This document shows positions 1-11,600 of a DNA stretch of 64,000 nt, one piece after another. The translations under genes were made by a program, and so were the position numbers. Within the stretch, counting starts at the first letter, position 1, and every line of letters begins with the position of its first letter. The notes beneath the pieces were generated by a model. The model ran no database searches, was not told the DNA's origin, and was given only the letters and a program-made list of their open reading frames with translations. The stretch spans positions 243,164,001-243,228,000 of the forward strand of contig NC_086098.1 in the NCBI RefSeq assembly GCF_963921235.1, read 5' to 3'. This DNA comes from Mobula hypostoma (taxonomy: Eukaryota).

Positions 1-1141
1 CAATTCAATTTGAAGATCGTTTTAAGGTAAAGATTTTAAAGCAGCCCTCAGTAGAACAAGGATGTATCTATCAACAACTGGGTCTGCATCCTTTTGAAGG
101 GATGGCAAAAATGCACAGCAATACTTCACTTTAGCTGACATTACATCAAATCATCTCAGACTTCAAAACATAACCTTAAGACAGATATAATTTAACCATA
201 GCACTAGAAACATCCTTACCCATTTTTTCTTGTACCAAGTTAGTTAAACTTGACATTAACTTCAAAACAAAAACTACTTATGATGGGTATCTGTCTGTAC
301 GTTGTCTGTTTAGTCACTTCCATAGATGCTGCCTGACCTGCTGAGTTCCTCCAGCATTTTATAAGTGCAACGAATCTGACTTCAAATTTATCATATACAT
401 GCACTGAAAATGCCATGGTTTTGTTCATGACCACTAATGTGATGAACCCCATTTAGGATATCACTTTCAGTTATAAACACACATGAACATACTGACAGAT
501 TTAAAAGTCTGTCAAGCTACGTACAAAAATAAAGAATCAACAAGTTTTAGAAGGAAGGTACAACTAAAAGAGTGACAGGTCTATACAGTGATTTACACAA
601 TATTGTTAATCAAGTCTGTCAAATGATACAAAAGAGACAACAAACCTGGGAAAGAGGTAAAATTTGTGCTAAATCGGTTTAACGAGGTCAGAATGGTGAG
701 AAAATTGCCTGCACCAAAGATTTTCCAAGTACAGAAGAAAAGGAATTCACATAAAAAAGTGAGGGGGAGGGAGAAAAAGAGGAAAGATTGCAATAACAAG
801 AATAGAGCAGCACAAACTGCAAGAGGCTAGGAATGTACACAAGAATTTCAATTTTCTGGAAACCAAATGAGTAAAAATTATAAAATAAAGGTAGAGCATA
901 GGAAACCGCATTAATCTTTCACGGCCACCTCCCCAACCCCCAAACATATACACACTCAGAAAACACAACAAACACGAGACATTTTTAACCCATCGCGATT
1001 ATTTCAAAGACCTGTGCTCGCCACACAAGCAAAAAAAACGCCACACTTAAAGCCCGCAGATTACAAGACATTTAACCACTACCTCCCCCTCCCACCACCA
1101 TATTGCTGACACAGACACCACCACCCCCACCACTCACTTAC

Positions 1142-1900
1142 CTGATCGGAAAATGTTTGCTCTCCCTCTCACACATGATTCATCCAACAGCCCGCCATGG
1201 CACACGAAGAAAAGCGAATCCTTCTTCCTTTTTATAAGCCTCGGGAACGCATTCTCGGTCTCTTTCTCCCCCTCTCTCACACACATATATACACACCCAA
1301 ACGCGCACATATACACCCAGACCGCTTGTTTTGCTGGTGGCAGTGGCGGAGAGGAGTGGGGGAAATTGTTATTATTTGTGCTCTCTCCTCGCTCTTTTGC
1401 TCCCTTTTAATTGAATTCTTTCTTTATAAAGATGACACCAAGCGCCCAAAGTGCGCCATGGAGAGATAAACACAAAATGGCCGCCGCGCCGACCCAACAG
1501 GGAGGGCGCTGCAGCCGCCCGACCCGAAACACCACGCCGTCCCCTAAATCCACAACCACCGCCCCAACGGTAAACAAATCTCAACAGAACGCCGAGACCA
1601 GGCCATAAACTCAAAACTAAAATATTTTTCTCTCATCTTTTCGTTTTTCGAAAAAAAAATTACCCCTTACCCACACCCCCTTGCGCCGGCAACCGTTTGG
1701 CTCGGGAGCTCGGTCCGAAGTGCGGCTTCGTTCATTTTATTCTTACCGTCTTTACAAAGGGAGGGGTGTGAAGAGAGAGAGAGAGGGGGGGGAAATAAGA
1801 AAGGTGGAGAGTCTATTGCTATTGTTTTAAGTCTAAAGGGGATTGTTTTAATTTATTCCAAGGTCGTGATTTCCAACCCAGAATGCAATGCGAGGGGGTA
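1142..1900 (-). other. Non-coding 5' exon region of the divergent neighbour gene, probably ASH1L
   Basis: CpG-rich, repeat-free; minus-strand donors CAG|GTAAGT (exon end 1142) and ACG|GTAAGA (exon end 1747); YY1-like AAAATGGCCGCC near 1474. Identity rests only on the known vertebrate order ASH1L(-)/DAP3(+)/MSTO1(+); no coding sequence seen. Confidence 0.5.
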
Positions 1901-2269
1901 GCTGCTGGTGACCAGCAGAGGAGAGGTGTTCATTAAACCTCCTAAGACGTGCGAAAAAAAAAACTTTTAAGGTTTCACATCTAGGTTATTTTGCATCTGC
2001 AAGTTTGCAATATGGATGCTTTGTGGTCGGCGTGCAACTTCAGTACGGGTGGCACCTGAGCTGATAATTCGCCTTTAGTTTTAACAAGGGTTTAAATTTC
2101 CCGGCATGCCTTTCGTTGAGGTGAAGGGAGGGGGGCAGGCTTCAATCTGTATTGAGTTGGAAATATAAACCCTTTCACACAAGGACCTGTTAAAATATAT
2201 CTATGTGGTGGAAATGTTCAGGTGGGGTTTTAGTCTAAAGGCACCCCGAACCCATCAGCCTTATAGTTG

Positions 2270-2716
2270 GGAATCGTGCCTGGCAACCTGCAGATTTGCC
2301 ATAGCAACGGAAAGAAAAACGTTTAGGAACCAGGTAGAAAAAGCTTCCTTTTGACCGCAACACGGGCGCAAATGACTCCCGTTTTCGAATAAAAGAAAAC
2401 TGTAGGCAGATATTCGTCTTCTGACAAAACTGACCCTATTTGTGAGCAGGAAACGCGCCCCCCCCCCACCTTTGAGGGAGGAATCTCAGCATCTCAAAAG
2501 TTGCGTTATTTCAAATTTACTCAATTACGAGAGAATGTATCTGAACAATTTATCCCTCCAGTTACCTTTTTCAACAAATGGTTATTATTAAATTATTTAG
2601 GGTACTGCTGTGACCTGTTGACCTTACCGGAAGTATTTGGAGGCAGGCAAGATGGTGGCGCCCGCTGCGCGGGGCGTGTAAAGGGAGCGTGGATCATTAT
2701 ATCCAGTGCGGTAAAG
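2270..2716 (+). promoter_or_regulatory. DAP3 promoter and non-coding first exon
   Basis: RFX X-box-like sites 2276-2287 and 2295-2308, direct repeat TGACCTgtTGACCT 2611-2624, ETS/GABPA ACCGGAAGT 2626-2634, candidate donors GCG|GTAAAG (2710) and AAG|GTGAGA (2716). Confidence 0.7.
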
Positions 2717-2734
2717 GTGAGAGAGACTGTCGTT

Positions 2735-2975
2735 ATTTTCAGAGGGAGGAGGGCGAGAGGGACCGATCGCTATACACTGGGAGAAGAAGCGAGAGGGAAT
2801 CGGTCACTGTACTCTGGGGAAAGAAGGCCGAGAGGGAATCAATCGCTGTGCACTGGGACAAGAGGCGAGAGAGAATCGGTCACTATTCGCTGGGAAAGAG
2901 GGGCGAGAGGGGATCAGTCGCTATACACCGAAGAAAAAGACAAGAGGGAATTGGTCGTTATTCCCGGGAGAGAGG
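2735..2975. repeat. Degenerate ~39-bp tandem repeat at start of DAP3 intron 1
   Basis: About 6 copies of GAGAGGGAATCGGTCACTGTAC(A/T)CTGGGGAAAGAAGGC-like unit. Confidence 0.75.
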
Positions 2976-3959
2976 GTGTGGGGTGAGCGGAGAGAACTCA
3001 GTAGATCAAGCAGTATCTGTTAATGAATCCCTGCATCAAGACTGTTCAACCTGGCCCTTAAGGTTACGAAGGTTACTAAATCTAACGTGCGCTTTAGAGC
3101 ATAAATAACACAGAGACGCTGCAGAGGTGTTGGAGATTTAATTTATTTCTGGGGAGTGTTTGCGCTGTGCGCAGCTTTCACCTGAACCATCGATATGCCC
3201 TTTCTTCCACAAATGCTGCTTGACCCGCTGAGTTCTTCCAACAGATTATTTGTTGCTCCAGATTCCTGAGCCGCGTCGGGTTGGGTAGTGTCTGTTGAGA
3301 CAGAGTCCATGGGCGGGCGTTGGTACTGAGCTGCGTCCGTAACTCTCTGTAGTTTCTTGCAGTGTCGGGCAGAGCAGTTGCATGATTTATCCAAATGGGA
3401 TGTTGTCTATGGTGCTTTAATAAAAGTTCATAAGAGTCAATGTGAACATGCCAAATTTATTTTAACCACCTGAGGAAGTCGAAGTGTTGGTGAACTTTCT
3501 TGGCAATGGTGTCTACATGGTTGGACCTGGGTGATGTTTGCACCTAAGAATTTGAAAATCCCAAACCTGTCTACCTCAGCACCATTGAGTAGATAGGAGC
3601 ACATGTACCACCCCCTTTCTGAAATCAATGACCAGCTCGTTGGTTTGAGAACATTGAGGGAAATATTGTTGTCATGACACCATGTCACTAAGCTCTCTAC
3701 CTCCTTTCTGGTCGCTGACTTATCATTATTTGAGATGCGGCCCACTACGGTGGAATCATCTGTGACCTTGTAGATGGACTTCGAGTAGAGATCTGGCCTC
3801 ACAGTTATGAGTGTACGGGGATCTAGGGGTGTCGGTGAACTTTCTGGCCTGTGTGGTTAGACCAGGAAAGGCTATCGGTGATGTTTGCATCTAGGAATCC
3901 TAACACTGTTGATGTGGACAGGAACACGTGCACTACACCCCTTTCTGAAGTCAGTGTCC

Positions 3960-4170
3960 AACACACACAAACTGCTGGAGAAACCCAGCTGACCAGTTGG
4001 TGTCTATGGAAAAGAGTGAGCAGTCAACGTTTCGGACCGAGACCCTTCATCAGGACTGGATTTCAGCCTGAAACGTCGACTGCTAGCTCTTTTCCATAGA
4101 TGCTGCTTGGCCTGCTGAGTTCCTCCAGCATTTTGTGTGTGTTGCTTGGATCTCCAGCATCTGCAGAGCA
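3960..4170. mobile_element. Penelope-derived inverted-repeat (head-to-head pLTR) element
   Basis: Arms are reverse complements of each other and match the 3' end of the Penelope copy at 32370-32470. Confidence 0.75.
4021..4058 (-). ncRNA. Minimal type I hammerhead ribozyme motif (Penelope-type)
   Basis: Minus strand CAGUC-CUGAUGA-A-GGGUcucgGUCC-GAAAC-GUU-GACUG: intact core boxes, 5-bp stem I, short stem II, palindromic ACGU stem III. Confidence 0.7.
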
Positions 4171-4242
4171 CTTTTGCTGACACTGAGGGAAAGGTTGTTG
4201 ACATTGACACAGTGTTACTAGGCTCTCTATTCTACCCCCTCA

Positions 4243-4838
4243 TTTTTTTTTTAAAAGAACTGATTTATTTATCACAGATCCACAGTATTAAACTCCAGTC
4301 CAATTAAAGGCTAACATGATCAGAACAAACCCCTCCAGTGCCCAGTGACCAAGGTTTAGTTCCAGGTGTGATGAACAGCATCAATAACTGCAGAATCTGA
4401 TGCCAATGGTCAATGAACTTGCAACTGGATTTGCAAATTGTGGTAGTTAAATGCACCATGGAGTTATGTGAACTGTTCCCCACCCACCCCAATATGAACT
4501 TGCTGGTGTTTTAGTGGGTGGGATGGATGACCTAGTCCTTCCCACAGATGGAGCAAATAAATGGTCTCATCCCAGAATGAAGTTGCTGGTCTTTCTGTGG
4601 ATAGGATGAATGAATGAATCTCTTCCCAAGCTCAGAGCAGGTGAATAGCTTGGTCCCAGTGCAAATTCTTAAGGTGGGGTGACTAGGAAAATCCCCTTCC
4701 ACACATGGAGCAAGTCAAGGGCTTCTCCTTGAAGTCAACTCACTTGTGCATCATCAGGTGGAATGAGTGAGTGAATCCCTTCCCACACAGAAAGCAGGTG
4801 AATGACCTCTCCCCACTGCCAACTTGCTGGTGTTCCCT
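4243..4838 (-). pseudogene. Processed C2H2 zinc-finger pseudogene fragment (about 4 decayed fingers, 3' UTR, poly-A)
   Basis: Minus-strand translation [58 protein letters not shown] with stops and frameshifts; AATAAA at 4269-4264 and A10 at 4252-4243. Confidence 0.85.
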
Positions 4839-5558
4839 ACTGACAGAACATAAGACACTACAGCACTGTGCAGTCCCTTCAGCTCACGATATTGTGCCGA
4901 CCTTTTAACCTACTCTGAGATCAATCTAAAGCTTCCCTCCTGCACACCCCTTCGTTTCTCTATCATCCATGTACCTATCTAAGAGATTAAAAAATCTCGG
5001 TAATGTTTTGCCTCTGCCACCACCCCTGACATGGTGTCCCACGCATCCACCACTCCGTGTTTTTAAAAAACAACAACACACCTATACTTTCCTCCAATCA
5101 CCCTCATGTTAGCCATTTCCGACCTGGAAAAACGGTGTTGGCTGTCCACTCAGTCTGTGCCTCTTATTATCTTGTATGCCAAAATCAAGCCTTCCTTTGC
5201 TCCAACGAGAAAAGCCCTAGCTCACTTAACCTAGTGTCTCGTGGTCAGGAAGTCAAGCTTCCAGTTGCAAAGAAAGGTGTTGAATGCCAGGCTAAGGAGT
5301 TTGGAGATTTCTCAGATGCACTAGGCCATTCTGTGCATAACTGAACACCACCACAGTATTTTGTTTTCCCACTCTTTTTGCATTATCTATTTTAGTTTTC
5401 TTTTTTGTATATACTTACTATAAGTTATAGTGTTTATTCATACATATTGCAATGTACTGCCATCACAAGACAAAAAATTTCATGGCATACTGTATGCCAG
5501 TGATATTAAACCTGATTCTGATAAAGCTAATAAAATCCCTTCCTATTCCCTCACAGGA

Positions 5559-5603
5559 ATGTCAGTGAAGAGCTTGCCAGCGATCGCCAGGTTCTGCCGA
5601 CTG
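5559..5603 (+). CDS. DAP3: DAP3 first coding exon ([15 protein letters not shown], mitochondrial presequence-like)
   Basis: cacag|GAATG acceptor, CTG|gtaagt donor; 15 codons, basic with no acidic residues. Confidence 0.85.
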
Positions 5604-8600
5604 GTAAGTGCTGTGACTGAGTATAACTTGTCACCGCTTCTGGTTGTTTTTCCTCCCACTTCTCTTCTCTCACCCCCCAAAAAAAAACTCTTTCTCTATC
5701 TTTTCCACCATCAGCCAACTTTCCTTGTGCATTTTAATCAAGTTTTCCACCCTGACCAAACCCATCTCTGCTGCTAACCATTCTGTTCTTCAACCAACCT
5801 GCACAACCCCTAATCAGCAGATCAACACTGATCACCTTGCAGTATTTATGGGGAGAAGGCAGGAGAGTGGGGTTAAGAAGGAGGATAATTCAGCCATGAT
5901 TTGACAGCGAAGCAGATTCAATAGGCTGAATGGCTTAATTCTACTCCTGTGACTTATGTCTATTTTTTGATTTTTTGTTCTAATGGTGCTCTTTCTTGTA
6001 AAATATCTTGTTCAGTTTATGTTCTTGTGAATGTTATGAATCTGATGCGCCCTGCCTGTGATGTCAGTGCAAATAAGTTTTGCATTGCTCCTGTGCACAC
6101 GTGTCTGTGCAATGAACTTGAACGTGACTTTTTAACTTCCACCGTTCCCCTCAGTAGCAAGAAACAATTTGGAGGAACTCAGAGGGTCAGCCAGCAATCA
6201 GAAGTGGTGTGGTGGTGAAGGAATTATTGGTGTTTCTGGTCAAAATCCTGGACCGTGGATTGTCAGCCCAAAACGTTGTCAATCCCTCCCCCAGCCCCAC
6301 ACAGGCGCCATTTGACCTGTTGAGTTTATTGAGCAGATTGTTTCTTGTGCCAGATTCCACCTGTCTCTTGTGTCTGCCTGTAGAAGGGAGTTCCACCTGG
6401 TCCTAACTCCCTGGGTAAATACCTTTCTGCATTTTAAAACATCCCTATGCTCAATGGCAAGCAGAAACACCTCACCAGGCGGACATGCGAAGGAGAATTG
6501 ATCAGAGGGAAAGGGATACGTTTTTATATCTGAGACTGGTAGATGTTTTTAGGTGTGAGTGGATACCTGAAGTTTCATTACGTAATAAGGTGGATTTCAG
6601 GGAGAGATTGGCATTGAACCATGCATAATTTTGTATGCCCTGTATAAGTCAGCCATGATGGAATGGTGTGGCAGATTCGAAGGGCCGAATAGCCTAATTC
6701 TGCTCCTGTGCCTCATGGTTTTATAATTTTGCTCTTATTAATTTCTTGGGACCTGGGTATAGATGAACATTTATTGCCCACCTCCAATGGCTCTTGTGAA
6801 GGTGATGGCAATCCTATTATTTGATTTATTGTAGTCCTTTCCACTGATGATAAGCCTAATGGGTAATGAGTTCCAGGGTTAGATCCAGTGACGGTGAAGG
6901 ACTGGACATATTCACCCAAGGCAGGGTGGTGTGCAGCAAGGAAGAGTACCTACAGGAGGTGATAATCCCCTACGATCACTGTCCTTGACAGAGATCAGGC
7001 TTGTGAGTCTTCTCTTAAGGTTTGTAGATGCCAGAAAGGCTGTGGGTTATCAGGGGCACAGTTTCTGCAGACGCAGGAAATCTTGAGCAACGCACACAAA
7101 CTTCTGGAGGAATTCAGCGGGTCGGGCAGCGTCTGTGGAGAGGAATGCAGCAGACAGGAGGACTCTGCAATGGGTAGTTAAAACTGCCCAGTGCATCGCT
7201 GGCACCACTGCGTCTGCCACCAAGGACACTAGTACAGAAAGGACTTGGAAAAAGGCCAGCAATATCATGAAGGATCTCACCCACCCTACTCATGGATTGT
7301 TTGTCCCATTCCCATCAGGGAGGAGGCTACATAGCATCCACACTAGGACCACTAGACTCGAAAGCAGTTACATTCCCCGAGCCATCAGGCTGCTCTACAC
7401 CTCCACCCATTGACCCACTATACCACCACTACATAGATATCAACTATGCGGCATGACAAGGAAACTTCTGTTGTAGCCACAGTATTTATGTGGCTGATCC
7501 TGCGGACTTTCTGGTTAACGTGCCCCACCCCAGGTTCAAGATCAGAATCAGGTTTATCACCACTGAGATAAGATGCAAAATCCGTTATTTCACAGCAGCT
7601 GCATAGTGCAAAGGCATAAAATTCTAAAAATTACATAAATAAATAGAAATTGTGACATAATGTCATGAACTATTCGGAAATCTGATGGTGGAGCAGAATA
7701 AACCGTTCCAAAATCATTGAGTGTGGGTCTTCAGGCTCTTGTAGCTCCTTCTGAGTGGTGGTAACAAGAAGGAGGCATTTCCTGGATGGTGAACTGATGA
7801 GTAGAGGTAACCCTTCGTCAGGACCTCGGCCTGAAACGTCGACTGCACCTCTTCCTAGTGATGCTGCCTGGCCTGCTGCGTTTACCAGCAACTTTTATGT
7901 GTGTTGCTTGAATTTCCAGCATCTGCAGAATCCCTGTTGTTTGCGTTGATGAGTAGAGGTGTTGCTTTTTCAGTAGTTAAACCTTTTTGTACATTTTGTC
8001 ATGGCATCTTACTACTGACCCTATACTGTACCTGAATGTTGTGTTGCTGTATGCAGGATCTGACTGCACCATTTGCAAAGAAGTTGCAGATGATTCAGAG
8101 CATTGTACATATTCACATCCCATTTCTAGCTGTGTAATCAGAAGGAAAGTTATTAATGAAGTAACTGAAGATAGTTGGATCGAGGATTTCCTAGGACTGG
8201 GATGATTGACCTCCAGTAACACAAGCCATCTTTTTTTGCAAGGTCTGATGCAGAAGATCTCTAATGGCAATTCTAGACAGCAGAGCCCCAACTACTTCAA
8301 AATCTTTGCAACGAGCTACAGCCTCCCATCTCCAGTAGCCCAGAAAAACACTTTTTGCACCCATTCCCATGCCCACCCCACATCCCTGACTGAAGATTTG
8401 AACTGTGGAGAAGTTCTTTCCAGGGTCTGATGAAGGCATAAGGAGACCAGAGCTGTGAACGGTGCTCCCAGTGTGGTTTTAATAAGACAGAGGGCGACCA
8501 GGAATGTCACAGAACTCCCTTTGGTATTTACAAGGCATAGGAAGATCAGAGCTGTGCATAGTGCTTTTGGTAGTCAGAGAAACTCTGCACAGTGCTCCCA

Positions 8601-11600
8601 GTGGTCTGACCAAGAAATATAGAAAACAACCGTTAATGTTCTCACCAAGATACAGTAAGATTAGAACTGTTTGGTGATGTCTGTGTATCTAGATGTGCGT
8701 GAAGGAGACCAGAGCATTGTGTAGTACTCCCTGTGGGGTCCAACAAAGACATATGGAGACCAAAACTGTGCAAAGTGCTCCCCGTGCAGTTTAATCAAGC
8801 CTTAGTACAGGGTTTGACATGTTTGCTGTTCAGTTGTGTCTCTCCAGAAACGGTCATAGTGCCTGGTTTCAGTTCCAGCCTTGCATACTCAGTCAGTTGT
8901 TTGTCAGGAGAGGAAATAGCTAATACCCTCAGATGCTCGCCAGAATTCTCTCGCACTTCAGAAATCAGGAGGGAGAAGGGAATGAGTACCTTAGTGCTTT
9001 ACATCCCTGTGTACAGGAGTTGTCAGATTCTTCCTTGCAATCCAGCTAAGGCCACTGGGTTTCAGAATTTAATGCAGCTTCGGGCACAGAACCTGGGGGA
9101 GTGTGGCGAGGTCACAAGGTTGGAGAGCAGACTGTGCGCTGGGAGAGTCATATAGCATGGAAACAGGACCTTCGGCACTCATCCGTGCTCACCAGGATGC
9201 TTATCAAAACTAGTACCTGTTTTACACCCATATCCCTCAACTCCCATCTGTGTACTTGCAACATCCTTGTAAGTCTTTTCTGTGGGTTTTCCATTTTAAT
9301 AACGTGATGACCAAAATCAACCACAATACTTGCCTCACTAACGTCTCTCACAGAACATAGGACAGTACAGCACATACAGGCCTTTCAGCCCACGATACCC
9401 GGCTGGTGGCGCAATGGCATCAGCGCCAGACTCCGGAGTGAAGGATCCCGAGTTTGAATCCAGGTTGGGTCACCGCCCCCCCCCCCCCCCGACCGAGCAC
9501 GCTTTCCATCCATGCCGGGTTGAGCATTGAGCTAGACACTCAGACTCATTAAAAAAAAAAGGGTCAAGTCAGGAACGTTCATATCGTGACCTGGTTAATC
9601 TGAAAGGAGACCAATCCTGATACCACGCATGGCTGACTGTCTGGTGTGACACTAAAAAAAAAAGCCCACAATGTTGTGCTTTTAACCAATTCTAAGAATT
9701 TATCTTTCCCTCCCACATAACCCTCTTTTTTTCTTTCATCTATGTGCCTATCTTAAGAGTCTTCTAAAACTCCCTAACGTGTCTGCCTCTTCAACCAGCC
9801 CGAGTTCCACACATTCACCACTCCACCACTCTGTGGTTTTAAAAAAAAGTTCTAGTTTTAAGGTTAGAGGTGAAAGGTTTAATAAGCACCTGAAGGAAGG
9901 TGCCACTCCCTCCCCCTCCTTTCCCCTTTACCCAACCAGGATTACCCCTCTCCCTGCCATCTTCCCACCCTCAGTCCACAATACAGACCCTAGTCAGAAT
10001 CAGGTTTATCATAACATTTCATGTTATGAAATTTGCTTTTTTTTGCAGCAGCCGATGAGACCTCAACACCATCTCCACAAAACTAGCTGAGTATAAACTA
10101 CCACTTAAATTCAATGCAACAAGAGATAAACAATAAATGCTGGCTTTGTTCCTGTCACCCACAACCAGTGAACAAACAAAAATGCTTTGAGAATCTCCAC
10201 TGTATTTCTGATGTTGGACGTTGACAAGAGCTTCTATCCTCTGGTCTAAATGCTGAGGTATGCTGCCCTCTACTGAGTGGTCATGAGCATTGTTGTGCGT
10301 TATAGTAAAAAGCACAAGTGTCAGCTTGAAATTAACTGTTAAACCAAAAGATATAGAAGCAGAATTGGGCTGTTTGTCCCATCAAGTCTGCTATTCAATT
10401 GTGGCTGATTTCTTTTCAACTCCATATTCCCACCTTCTCCTCATAACCCCCATACTCATCAAGAACCTAGAAATCTCTGCCTTAAATATACCTAATGATT
10501 AGCCCTCTGTTGCAACGAATTCCACAGATTCACCACCCTCTGGCACACTCCCCATATCTGTTTTAATGGGACGCCCCTTTATTCTGAGGCTGTCCCTTGG
10601 ATTCTAGACTCTCTCCTAATGGAAATCCCTCCACCAAATCTTTCTGAACTCCCAAGTCAAGCCCAGAGATGCTAAACGTTAGGATTGTTAGTGGGGCAGC
10701 ACAGTGACATAGCAGTTCGCGTCAGCGATCAGTGATCAGTGATATCAGGGTATGATTCCCTCTGCTGTCTGTAGGGAATTTATACATTCTCCCTATGACT
10801 GCATCGGTTTCTTCTGGGTGCTTTACAGGTTGGTAAGTTGTGGGCAAGCTACATTGGTGCAGAAAGCAGGGCAACACTGGCAGGCTGCCCCCACCCAGTA
10901 CATTCGTGACACAAGCAACTTATTTCACTGTGTGTTTTGATGTGATAAATAAATCTGAATGCATTCATTTATTCAACAGATTATTAAATGACTCATAGAG
11001 TCATAGAACACTACAGCACAGAAACAGGCCCTTTGATCCATCTAGTTTGTGCCAATCTGGTCTGCCGAGTCTCATCTACTATAGTTCTCCACATCTCTCA
11101 TACCTATCCAAACCTTACAATTGAACTCACATCCGCCACTTTCACTGGCAGCTTGTTCCACACTCACACCACCCTCTAGGTGTAAACGCTCCCTTCAGAT
11201 TCCCTTTAAATATTTCATCCTTCACCTATGACCTCTAGTTCTTGTCTCACCCAACTTCAGTGGAAAAAGCCTGCTTGCATTCACCCTATTTATACCCCTC
11301 ATAATTTTGTCTACCCATAAGATCTCCTATCATTTCCCTGTGCTCCAATGAATAAAGTCCTGACTACACAATCTTTCCCTATAACTCTGGTCCTCAAGTC
11401 CTGACAACACTCTTGTAAATTTTCTCTACACTCTTTTTGACTTATTAGTATCTTTCCCATAAGTAGGTATCCAAAACTGCATACAATAATATAAATTTTT
11501 GTCTCTCAACATCTTATAGAACCTCAAAGTAACATCCTAACTCCATCTTGGTGAAGTGAATGGATTGTTAATGCAATCTGGCAATTCCTGTGGGCACTTT

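Noticed and set aside
2501-3108. 161-aa and 139-aa ORFs over the DAP3 first exon
   Set aside because: Non-ATG starts and mostly encoded by the 39-bp intronic repeat.
9400-9470. tRNA gene
   Set aside because: A and B boxes belong to a SINE head with body, poly-A and TSD; no proper cloverleaf.
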